Source of the DNA: an uncultured Chloroflexia bacterium
GTDB lineage: Bacteria; Chloroflexota; Limnocylindria; QHBO01
NCBI GenBank assembly: GCA_963827475.1
Contig: CAWHAZ010000005.1
Coordinates: 288,001 to 352,000, forward strand
Length of the DNA stretch: 64,000 nt
Reading direction: 5' to 3'
Position numbers and translations under genes: made by a program. Positions 31,501 through 39,022 of the stretch are shown piece after piece. Below the pieces are notes generated by a model, which saw nothing but the letters and a program-made list of their open reading frames with translations, made no database searches and was not told the DNA's origin. Numbering within the stretch: position 1 is the stretch's first letter; each line of letters opens with the position of its first letter.

Positions 31501-33381
31501 GACCTGAACGGCGGCACCCTGGAAGCCCTCGGCAACATCACGCTGCTCGGGACATTCGACGGGGAAACCGGGACGCTGCGCATCGGCGGCGCCGGCGCCC
31601 AGACGCTCACCGGCAGCGCGACGGCGACCACCGGCGACATGGCCAACATCGTGATCGACAAGCCCGCCGGCACCCTGTTCCTGGTCGGGACCATCCGACT
31701 GACCACGGCGGCGTGGACCTGGGTCGACGGCGCCGTGGACGCGGGGACCAGCGTCCTGGTGCTGGACGCCGGCACGACCATCGCCGGCACCCACACCGTG
31801 CACGACCTCATCCTGCGCGGCGGCGCGCATACGGTCGGAAGCGGGCTGCCGACCGCCGGCGGCCTGCTCACCCTGGAGGACGGCACCGTGGACGGTGGGA
31901 CGCTCGGCGCCGCGGGCGACGTCACCCAGGCGGCGGCCTTCGACGGCGGCTCCGGCACCCTCGTCTTCACCGGCGCGGCGAACCAGACCTTCACCGGCGC
32001 GGCGACGATCGGCACCGGCGACCTGCCGGACGTGGACATCGCGAAGTCGGGCGGCACCCTGACCCTGTCCGGCACGATCCGCCTGTCGGACGCCGACTGG
32101 ACGCATATCACCGGCGCCGTGATCCCCGGCGCCAGCCTGGTCGTGTTCAGCGGAACCTCGACCGTGAGTGCCGACGGCATGTCGTTCTTCGACCTGACCG
32201 TGAACGGCGGCACCACCACGCTGGCGGAGGACCTGTTCGTCGGAGGCGACCTCACCGTCCTGGCCGGCGCGCTCGACGGCGGCGGGCAGACGGCCAGCGT
32301 CGCCGGCGACGTGACCGTCGACGGCGCCATCGCCGCCGACACCATGAGCCTGCGGATGAACGGCACAGCGCCCCAGAACCTCGGCGGCGCCGCCGCCGAC
32401 ATCGGTCTGGTCGACCTCGTCGTCGACAACGCCGCCGGTGTCGCGCAGGCGACGACGGTGATGGTGTCCGGCACCCTGACACTCAACGGCCCGCTGGACT
32501 TCAGCGGGGAGACCCTGGGCATTGCCAACCCGATCGCCGGCACCCCGGCCAGCCTGGTTGGCGACGCCGCCTCCTCGCTCGAGGTCTTTGGCACCGGGGC
32601 GGGCATCGTCATCCCCGCCGGGCTGTCCGCCCTGGCGAACCTCATTCTGGACAACCCGAACGGCGCGGCACTGGCGGGACCGATGACCATCGGTCAGGGG
32701 CTGGTGCTGACCGACGGCATCATCGAGGTCCGACCGTGGGTGCTGACCGTCGGGCCGGCCGGCGTCGTCACCCGCGTCGCGGGTCACGTGGACGGGTCGC
32801 TCGAGAAGACCGTCCCCATCGGGTCGGCCGTGACCGTCGACTTCGAGATCGGCGACGCCACGACCTATGCGCCGGTGAGCGTCACCTTCGGCATGGTCGT
32901 CTGGAGCAGCACGCTGACCGTGGTGACCGTCGGTGGCGAGCACCCCAACCTTGCGACGTCGTTCATCCGCCCGACTGCCGACGTGAACCGATGGTGGCGG
33001 GTGACCAACGGCGGCGTCCTGTTCGACTCGGCCGACGTGACACTCCACTGGGCGCCGTCCGATGTCGACCCCGGCGCGGACCCGGCGGCCTTCGTCGTCG
33101 GCAAGTGGGATGCGGGCTGGACGATGCCGGCGGTGTCCAATCCGACGCCCACCGAAATCACCGCCGTCGGTCTGACCTCCTTCAGCGCGTTCGCCGTGGG
33201 CGGGCTGGAGGACGGCGACCTGCCCGACACATCAGGCGATGACGACTCTGGCACCCCGGCGCTCGACCTCGGGCTCCGGGCCGGCATGGTCAGCGCTTTG
33301 CTGCTGGGACTGGTGGGGATCGTCATCGTCCTGACCCGGCGCGCTCGGCCGGAACCACGCGCCGCCCGCGACGACGGCTGA
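28513..33381 (+). CDS. 1622-aa secreted G/T/N-rich repeat surface protein (probable beta-solenoid adhesin) with LPDTS + TM + basic tail
   Basis: Signal peptide ending VKA-A, WDGGG..W..P.NW start, ~130-aa repeats, C-terminal sorting-signal-like tail. Confidence 0.85.
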   Translation: MLWLAPFALPLLLTFAVLGSVALPPTVKAATRTWDGGGPTTLWNDPLNWSANTLPVAGDTVIFDGTSSKNADINVAVTVAIVQVNAGYGGTITQMPGVNLTVTSSYSQSAGSFAGGTTAISVGSFTLNPGATFSSTAATLTVTGAFTMSGGSFAHNNGTVAFSTGNVTIDVPTSIALNNASFLSGTKTIAAGDTLNVAGTLNLAGGVVNTGTLAAMGNIDVQAGFTGNSTGILLVSGSGAQTMTGNHAVGSGDLPGVVINKPSGALTLAGTLRTTDNWTYTAAPGGLNVAGSTVSFAGGTITGSHTLNAVEIRGGTITIAAGTTVTVGAGLNLFSGVVNTGTLAAMGNIDVQAGFTGNSTGILLVSGSGAQTMTGNHAVGSGDLPGVVINKPSGALTLAGTLRTTDNWTYTAAPGGLNVAGSTVSFAGGTITGSHTLNAVEIRGGTITIAAGTTVTVGAGLNLFSGVVNTGTLAATGNIDVQAGFTGNSTGILLVSGSGAQTMTGNHAVGSGDLPGVVINKPSGALTLAGTLRTTDNWTYTAAPGGLNVAGSTVSFAGGTITGSHTLNAVEIRGGTITIAAGTTVTVGAGLNLFSGTMNTGTLAAQGSIAAQVGFTGGGTATLLINGSGNQTVTGYHTVLVGALPAVDVNKPSGSLTLAAPGPGTGILRTARNWTVSAVPGGLNVTGSTVVFAGNLTITGSHTLNTVEFRGGTVVIAAGTTLTAAGTTELFSGTVNQAAATGTIAAQGDINARVGFTGGGTATLLINGSANQLFDGDHTVTVGALPNVDVNKPAGTLTLTDTLRTARNWTVSAVPGGLTVTGSTVVFAGNLTITGSHTLNNVEFRAGVAVIAAGTTLTAAGTTTLTDGDLNGGTLDALGNLSQAATFDGETATIRIAGVTNQTFTGAATSTTGDLPAIVIDKPSGTLFLVGTIRTTTVGWTWLQGAVDPGTATVVFNTSTVTGDHTLHNVELQGGVVAIAAGDTLTAAGTTTLTDGDLNGGTLEALGNITLLGTFDGETGTLRIGGAGAQTLTGSATATTGDMANIVIDKPAGTLFLVGTIRLTTAAWTWVDGAVDAGTSVLVLDAGTTIAGTHTVHDLILRGGAHTVGSGLPTAGGLLTLEDGTVDGGTLGAAGDVTQAAAFDGGSGTLVFTGAANQTFTGAATIGTGDLPDVDIAKSGGTLTLSGTIRLSDADWTHITGAVIPGASLVVFSGTSTVSADGMSFFDLTVNGGTTTLAEDLFVGGDLTVLAGALDGGGQTASVAGDVTVDGAIAADTMSLRMNGTAPQNLGGAAADIGLVDLVVDNAAGVAQATTVMVSGTLTLNGPLDFSGETLGIANPIAGTPASLVGDAASSLEVFGTGAGIVIPAGLSALANLILDNPNGAALAGPMTIGQGLVLTDGIIEVRPWVLTVGPAGVVTRVAGHVDGSLEKTVPIGSAVTVDFEIGDATTYAPVSVTFGMVVWSSTLTVVTVGGEHPNLATSFIRPTADVNRWWRVTNGGVLFDSADVTLHWAPSDVDPGADPAAFVVGKWDAGWTMPAVSNPTPTEITAVGLTSFSAFAVGGLEDGDLPDTSGDDDSGTPALDLGLRAGMVSALLLGLVGIVIVLTRRARPEPRAARDDG
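29128..30299 (+). repeat. three near-identical 390-bp tandem repeats (130 aa each)
   Basis: Units start at 29128, 29518 and 29908. Only about three variable positions seen: 29159/29549/29939, 29277/29667/30057, 29466/29856/30246. Confidence 0.95.
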
Positions 33382-33385
33382 AGCC

Positions 33386-34309
33386 CTACCGGCCGGCCAG
33401 GTCCTCCACCAACGGGGCCATGGCCTCCATCGCCCGTCCGGGGATCACGTAGGCGCTGATTCCCAGCCGCTCCCGGCGACGCTCGAGCAGCTCGCGCAGT
33501 CCGTTCCGGGTCCCGTACAGCACGTACGGCGAGGGGAGCAGCTTCGTGAGCGCGGTCATCCCGGCCGCCGCGATCGAGGGCAGCGGCCCGCTGCCGCCGC
33601 CGCCGACCATCCCCGCCGCCCCCAGGAACAGGCTGAGCTCGAGGTCCGCGAAGCGCGGGCCGGCGGTCGTCCGCACGGTGGCAACCTTCTCCACCAGCGC
33701 GTCTTCGCCGACCTGGCTCGCGATCGGCCGGCCGGCGGCGTTGAACTGCGGGATGAAGTTCACGATATCCGCCTGCCGCGCCGCGAGGCGCAGGATGCGT
33801 GGCCCGCCACCACCGAGCATCACCGGGATCGGTCGCTGGACCGGCTGCGGGGAGAGGCGGGCGCGGCGCACCGTATATGCGGTTCCCGCGTGGGTCACCG
33901 TCTCCCCGGCGAACAGGCGTCGGATGATGGCCAGCGCCTCCTCCAGGCGGTCGATCCGCCGCGGGGGCGGGTCGTACGCCACGCCCAGCTGCGCGTAATC
34001 CGACGGTCGCCACCCGGCCCCGATCCCGAACTCCAGCCGGCCGCCGGACAGGAGGTCCAGGGTGGCCGCCTCGCGGGCCAGCAGCAGCGGGTGGCGAAAG
34101 TCGTTGGCGAACACGCACGAGCCGATGCGCACCCGCGAGGTCGCGGCCGCGGCGGCGGCCAGCGCCGGCACCGGAGAGAGCTGGCCGGTCAGGTGATCGG
34201 GGGCCAGCAGGATGTCGTAGCCCAGCGCCTCCGCGCGACGCGCCCGGTGAGCCCACTCCTCGCCGCTGGCGGCGGAGCTGCTCAAGAGCCCGAATCGAAA
34301 CGGACGCAT
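33386..34309 (-). CDS. LLM-class F420-dependent oxidoreductase
   Basis: RPFRFG, EALGYDILLAPDH, RHPLLLAREAATLDLLSGGRLEFGIGAGW. Confidence 0.88.
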   Translation of the reverse strand: MRPFRFGLLSSSAASGEEWAHRARRAEALGYDILLAPDHLTGQLSPVPALAAAAAATSRVRIGSCVFANDFRHPLLLAREAATLDLLSGGRLEFGIGAGWRPSDYAQLGVAYDPPPRRIDRLEEALAIIRRLFAGETVTHAGTAYTVRRARLSPQPVQRPIPVMLGGGGPRILRLAARQADIVNFIPQFNAAGRPIASQVGEDALVEKVATVRTTAGPRFADLELSLFLGAAGMVGGGGSGPLPSIAAAGMTALTKLLPSPYVLYGTRNGLRELLERRRERLGISAYVIPGRAMEAMAPLVEDLAGR

Positions 34310-34379
34310 CGCGCAGCCAGTGTGCGCGAACCGACTCGATGGCGGTAGATTGCCGGCCACGCCGGAGGTGCGTCGACTG

Positions 34380-34865
34380 ATGACCGATGCCGATCACGCC
34401 CGTTTCATGCGGATGGCGATCGCGCTCGCCCGCCACAGCGCGATCGTCGACCGGACCGGCAGCCCGTTCGGCTGCGTGATCGTCCGCGACGGCCAGGTGG
34501 TCGGCGAGGGCGTCAATGCCGTGCCGACCACGAACGATCCGACCGCCCACGCGGAGGTGGTCGCCATCCGCCGGGCCTGCGCGAACCTGGACACCTACGT
34601 GCTGGCCGGCAGCACCGCGTACACCACCGGCGAGCCGTGCCCGATGTGCTACGCGGCGGCCTGGTGGGCGCGGATCGACTGCATCTACTACTCGTCGACG
34701 ATCCAGGACGCGCTCGAGTTCGGCGCGTTTGACGACGAGGCGATCTATGAGGCGGTGACCAAGCCCGGTCCGGAGCGGGCGGTCCCGGCCCGCGAGCTGC
34801 TCCGCGACGAGATGGTCGAGGTCTGGCGCGAGTTCGCAGCCATTCCCGACCGCATCCACTACTGA
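34380..34865 (+). CDS. CDA-superfamily nucleoside/guanine deaminase
   Basis: PFGCVIV, DPTAHAEV, EPCPMC. Confidence 0.88.
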   Translation: MTDADHARFMRMAIALARHSAIVDRTGSPFGCVIVRDGQVVGEGVNAVPTTNDPTAHAEVVAIRRACANLDTYVLAGSTAYTTGEPCPMCYAAAWWARIDCIYYSSTIQDALEFGAFDDEAIYEAVTKPGPERAVPARELLRDEMVEVWREFAAIPDRIHY

Positions 34866-34886
34866 CCGATGAAGGGGCACTGACCG

Positions 34887-35600
34887 ATGTCCGGCGCGTT
34901 CACGGGGTTCACGCCCGAGGCCATCCACTTCCTGCTCGAGCTTTCGGCGAACAACGACCGGGGCTGGTTCCAGCCGCGCAAGGCCGAGTTCGAGCGACTG
35001 CTGCGCGACCCGCTCGCAGCGCTGTGCGAAGACCTCGGCGACCGGTTCCGGCGACGGAAGATCCCGCTCAGGGCCGACACCGGCTCCCCGTTCCGGATCT
35101 ACCGCGATGTCCGGTTCTCGAAGGACAAGTCGCCGTACAAGACGTACGTCAGCGCGAGCTTCCCGTGGGACGAGCCCGGCACCCCGGCCGCGGCGCCGCG
35201 GAGCCGGACCGAGGCGGTCCACCGGCCCGGCGGTTACTTCTCCTTCTCTCCCGACGAGGCGTACCTCGGCGGCGGGTTGTGGCACGCCGACCGGCCGTAC
35301 CTCGAGGCCTGGCGCCAGGTGGTCGTCGACGAGCCAAAGCGACTGCACGCGGTCATCGACGCGCCGAAGTTCAAGAAGGCGTTCGGCGATCTCGACGCCG
35401 AGGACCGGCTCAAGAGAGTCCCGCCCGGCTACCCCGCCGACCATCCCGACGCGGAGCTCCTGAAGCTCAAGGACGTCCTGTTCGGCCGCCGCCTGACGGA
35501 TGCCGAGGCGCTGTCACCCGACCTCCCGGACGTCCTGGCCGAGGCCTTCGCGACCGCCACGCCGATGCTTCGATTGCTCGCGTCGCTGGCCGCCGCCTGA
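34887..35600 (+). CDS. DUF2461 protein
   Basis: NNDRGWF, FRIYRDVRFSKDKSPYKT, LKRVPPGY. Confidence 0.9.
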   Translation: MSGAFTGFTPEAIHFLLELSANNDRGWFQPRKAEFERLLRDPLAALCEDLGDRFRRRKIPLRADTGSPFRIYRDVRFSKDKSPYKTYVSASFPWDEPGTPAAAPRSRTEAVHRPGGYFSFSPDEAYLGGGLWHADRPYLEAWRQVVVDEPKRLHAVIDAPKFKKAFGDLDAEDRLKRVPPGYPADHPDAELLKLKDVLFGRRLTDAEALSPDLPDVLAEAFATATPMLRLLASLAAA

Positions 35601-35672
35601 CCCTCGAAACGACCCCACGACGACGTGCGGAAAATGCGCCACGCGCGCCGGGGAAAGGGGTAGACTCGCGCA

Positions 35673-36215
35673 GCCATCCGACACCGCGGCTTGCCGCGAT
35701 CGGATGGTACGGAGGCATGGAACTGGCGTTCGCGTTGGATCGGTGTCTTCATCGGGTGCTGGTAGCGTAGGAAGCGGAGATAAGCGCCCGCTCCGACGTG
35801 TCATTGACCCACTGCCATTGCCCGGCGTGGTTCGGGACAGCGGTCGAAATACCCTGTCCGGGACGGCCGGGATGACCCGATGGCAAGGCCTTGTGGCACG
35901 GCGGCTACAGTCGGGAACCGATGGGAGCCTCGACCCGAAAGGGAAGAGTCCCGAACTCGACTGGACTGGCCTACGGTTCCGGTTCGGCGGCGGGCACGTC
36001 GTCGGGCGACACTACAAGTCAGGCGTCGCTAAAGAAGTCCGATAACGGCTCGGGTGCCAGGCTCGTCGTCCCGCTTGGAGGACGGACCCGGCGTCTTGAC
36101 CCGAAGTCGGGCGTGGCGCAGGCGCGTCCGTTTGTCCGGCGTGAAACCCGGACCGATAGGCGGGCTGATAGGGGCCGGGTGATCCCCGCAAGGGGTTTGC
36201 CGGGCCCCTGCGCTG
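35673..36215 (+). ncRNA. candidate large structured ncRNA (~540 nt) with group II intron domain-I-like motifs
   Basis: TAGACT at 35661-35666, then nested helices with CUUG, GAAA and GCAA tetraloops and a terminal hairpin. No credible ORF. Confidence 0.65.
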
Positions 36216-36244
36216 TTTCATGGGACGGTTTCGGAGGGCAATGG

Positions 36245-36616
36245 ATGGCCATCATCGTCAAGAACCTCGACCAGCCGGACGAGGCGTTCTCCGACGGGGA
36301 CGCCGGCGCCTCGGGCTACACCGTCGCCGGGGACTCCATGGTCTTCCGATCGGTCCTCCAGCCGGGCTGGAGCTGGGACGAGTACGTCAAGCCCCAGACC
36401 GATGGCGACGAGAGCTGCCAGATGGTCCACCGCGAGTACGTCATCTCGGGGCGGATCCGCTACCTGACCGATGAGGGGGACGAGGTCGTTGCCGGTCCGG
36501 GCGACCACCTGTGGATCGGCCCCGGCCATCGAGCCTGGGTGCAGGGGGACGAGCCGTTCGTCTCGATCGACTTCGAGATCGGCGAGCCGGACGAGGACGA
36601 GGCCGAGTCCGACTGA
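36245..36616 (+). CDS. cupin domain protein
   Basis: KNLDQPDE, LQPGWSW..VKP..SCQMVH..YVISG, IGPGHRAWV; GGAGG RBS. Confidence 0.85.
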   Translation: MAIIVKNLDQPDEAFSDGDAGASGYTVAGDSMVFRSVLQPGWSWDEYVKPQTDGDESCQMVHREYVISGRIRYLTDEGDEVVAGPGDHLWIGPGHRAWVQGDEPFVSIDFEIGEPDEDEAESD

Positions 36617-36629
36617 CCGCGGAGGCCGA

Positions 36630-36926
36630 TCAGCCGCCCAGGCGTCGCCAGATCTCGCCTTCGTACTCCGGGAAGTAGCGGCCGATCACCGGCAGCTCGA
36701 ACTCGCGAAGGATCGACTCGCGCGGCTCGCGCTCGAGCAGGAAGGCGAACGACTCCTCGGCCAGCCGTTCCGCGGACGTCCCCGGTGGGGCGAGCGTCGC
36801 CAGGTCGTCCGTGGCGATCGAGACGTGGTGGGTCGTCGTCGCGGGCTCGTCACCCACCGTGACCGTGCAGCGCCAGCCGCCCTCCACCGGATCGCAGGTG
36901 AGCTGGACCGGTTGTCCGTCGGGCAT
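36630..36926 (-). CDS. conserved hypothetical protein
   Basis: SFAFLLEREPRESILREFEL..I.RYFPEYE motif. Confidence 0.75.
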   Translation of the reverse strand: MPDGQPVQLTCDPVEGGWRCTVTVGDEPATTTHHVSIATDDLATLAPPGTSAERLAEESFAFLLEREPRESILREFELPVIGRYFPEYEGEIWRRLGG

Positions 36927-36951
36927 GACGCGACTCTCGATGGTCAGGAAG

Positions 36952-37027
36952 TGGAGCGGGAGACGGGGATCGAACCCGCGACATTCAGCTTGGAAGGCTG
37001 ACGCTCTGCCAACTGAGCTACTCCCGC
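36952..37027 (-). tRNA. tRNA-Gly (TCC)
   Basis: GCGGGAG acceptor stem, anticodon loop CT-TCC-AA, GGTTCGATCCC T-arm, encoded CCA; TACAAT upstream. Confidence 0.97.
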
Positions 37028-37064
37028 CAGTGGGAAGGATTGTACCGATGCCGACAGTCTGGAC

Positions 37065-37403
37065 CTATCCCGGCTGCTCGCCGACCGTGACGATGGAGTC
37101 GCCGCCGAACACGTAGGGCTCCGCGACCTGGTAGGCGTCGGCCTCGCGGTTCCAGGCCTCGAAGCGCGGATCGCCGTCGTGGGCGTGGTGCCCCTCGTCG
37201 GTCGCAAAGATCGCGACCACCAGGTACTGGACCGCGCCATCGACCCCCTTCGTGCTGATCTCGAGCCGGCTCAACGTGGCCTGCAGCAACAGCCCGCGCG
37301 CATGCAGGTCGCGCCAGATCGGCTCCTCCTGCGCTCGGAACCCTCGCTCGAACTCAGCCGCTCGATCCTCGCCCACGTTCAGCACGATCCCGATCGTCTG
37401 CAT
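37065..37403 (-). CDS. hypothetical protein (possible dimeric alpha/beta barrel)
   Basis: 112-aa ORF with AGGAGG RBS. Confidence 0.65.
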   Translation of the reverse strand: MQTIGIVLNVGEDRAAEFERGFRAQEEPIWRDLHARGLLLQATLSRLEISTKGVDGAVQYLVVAIFATDEGHHAHDGDPRFEAWNREADAYQVAEPYVFGGDSIVTVGEQPG

Positions 37404-37433
37404 GCCTCGCCTCCTGTCTGCGCCGGTGCTCCG

Positions 37434-37928
37434 TCAGTTGGGGCTCGCGGCGAGCTTCTCGAGCTGCTCCGCGTGCTCCTCGAGGTGGCCGACGACGAAC
37501 CGATCCGCGATCTCGGCCACGGTCATCTCGCCCCGCCGCGCATGGAGCCCCCGCGCGGCCCATTGCTCCGGGGTGAGCCCGAGGAGATAGGTTCGGAGCT
37601 GCGCGAGCGCCCCGGCCAGGCGCGCCATCTGCTCGCTCGGCGAGTCGTGACGGCCGGCCTCGATCGCGCCGACCCGACCCTCGTCTTCCGTCGTCCGCCC
37701 GAAAGCGACCGGCTCGGCGCCGCGAGCGGCGCCCACGATGACCCGCCGAATCTCGTTCTGCCAGTACGGGACGAACTCGGCGACGTGCGCCCAGGCCTGG
37801 CCCGCGTCCCACTGCTCCCCGGTGGCCGGGTCCGGATCGGTGAGGCCGGGTGGCGGGTCCTCGGCGAAGGCCGCCAGGCGCCCCTCGGCCACCGCCATCC
37901 GGGCCATCAGCTCCATGTGCTCCTTCAC
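37434..37928 (-). CDS. DinB/mycothiol-isomerase-like protein
   Basis: WDAGQAWAHV and HLEEHAEQL His pattern. Confidence 0.75.
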   Translation of the reverse strand: MKEHMELMARMAVAEGRLAAFAEDPPPGLTDPDPATGEQWDAGQAWAHVAEFVPYWQNEIRRVIVGAARGAEPVAFGRTTEDEGRVGAIEAGRHDSPSEQMARLAGALAQLRTYLLGLTPEQWAARGLHARRGEMTVAEIADRFVVGHLEEHAEQLEKLAASPN

Positions 37929-38944
37929 GATGCGCTCCTCCCTGTCGGGCGACTGATGATCGGCGTTCGCAGCTCCCCGAGGCGCTCGATGCGGAGCGTC
38001 ACCTCGTCCCCCGGCTCGAGCCACCGTCCGAGACGTTCCTCGCCGACTTCCAGCAGGCAGCCGCTGCCCACCGTGCCACTCCCCAGCAGCTCCCCGGGTC
38101 GCAGCCGAACGTCGGCCGATGCCCGGGCCAGCATGTCCCCGAACGAGAACTGGGCCGCGGACCACGTCCCACGGCTGATCTCGGCCCCGTTCACGTCGGC
38201 GGTCAGCGCCAGTGCGTACCCCTTTTCGGCGCGGACATCGGTCAATTCGTCGGGAGTGACCAGCCAGGGACCGATGCTGGTGGCGAAGTCCTTGCCCTTG
38301 GCCGGGCCCAGGCGGACGGTCGTCTCCTCCCGCTGGAGGTCGCGCGCGGACCAGTCGTTCAGGATGAAGTAGCCGCCAATCGCCTCCTCCGCCCGGTCCG
38401 CCGGCAGGTCCACCGCCGGCGTGTCGACCAGCGCCCCGACCTCGAGCTCGTAGTCGAGCTCGACCGATCCATCCGGCGCCCATACCGGGTCACCCTGCCC
38501 GCGGATCTCCGAGGTGTTGCCGAAGTAGAAGATCGGCAGGCGGTACCACGCCTCGGGGATGTCGTGGCCCCGGCGCTTCCACATCGTGCCGACGTGCTGC
38601 TCGAAGGCGTAGAAGTCGCGCAGGGAAGGGGGATCGAGGATCGGCGGCCCGAAGGCGAGGTCGTCCGCGGCCAGCACCGCCTCGCCGTCCGCCGTTGCGC
38701 CTCCGCCTTCGACGAGCTCGGCCAGCGCCTCGACGCGCAGCCCGCGGCCGAGATGGGCGTCCAGCGTGGTCACCGGCTGCCGAAAGAGAACCGCGTTGTG
38801 CCCGAGCCGCGGGTCGGCGGCGATCATCGCGACCCGCGCCGCCTCGAGGTCCAGCCACCCGGCGCCGTCCGGGTCCACGGCCGCCGTCAGGCGCCAGGGC
38901 GCACCGATCGGGGCGTTCCGCTCGCGGACGTGGGCCAGGCGCAT
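37925..38944 (-). CDS. fumarylacetoacetate hydrolase family protein
   Basis: RDFYAFEQH, LDYELEV, NDWSARDLQ, KGKDFATSIGP, GSGTVG. Confidence 0.9.
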   Translation of the reverse strand: MRLAHVRERNAPIGAPWRLTAAVDPDGAGWLDLEAARVAMIAADPRLGHNAVLFRQPVTTLDAHLGRGLRVEALAELVEGGGATADGEAVLAADDLAFGPPILDPPSLRDFYAFEQHVGTMWKRRGHDIPEAWYRLPIFYFGNTSEIRGQGDPVWAPDGSVELDYELEVGALVDTPAVDLPADRAEEAIGGYFILNDWSARDLQREETTVRLGPAKGKDFATSIGPWLVTPDELTDVRAEKGYALALTADVNGAEISRGTWSAAQFSFGDMLARASADVRLRPGELLGSGTVGSGCLLEVGEERLGRWLEPGDEVTLRIERLGELRTPIISRPTGRSAS

Positions 38945-39022
38945 CGCGCGGAGTGTACGCGGCGTCATCGGTACTTCCGGCTCATGGTGCGTTGGTGGGT
39001 GGTTCGGTACGGTCTGGCCCAG

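Noticed and set aside
35673..36215. RNase P RNA, tmRNA, SRP RNA or an intact group II intron
   Set aside because: No GAGGAAAGTCC P4 motif, no tRNA-like ends, no SRP GGAA-loop motif, and no canonical domain V or RT ORF were seen on either strand.
35600..36244. ORFs over the candidate RNA (35500-36045, 35514-35804 and the extension of 35891-36616)
   Set aside because: They lack coding-like third-position bias and recognisable motifs. The cupin has its own RBS and ATG at 36245.
36952..37027. tRNA-Gly as an island integration site
   Set aside because: No integrase and no duplicated tRNA 3' end were found in the window.
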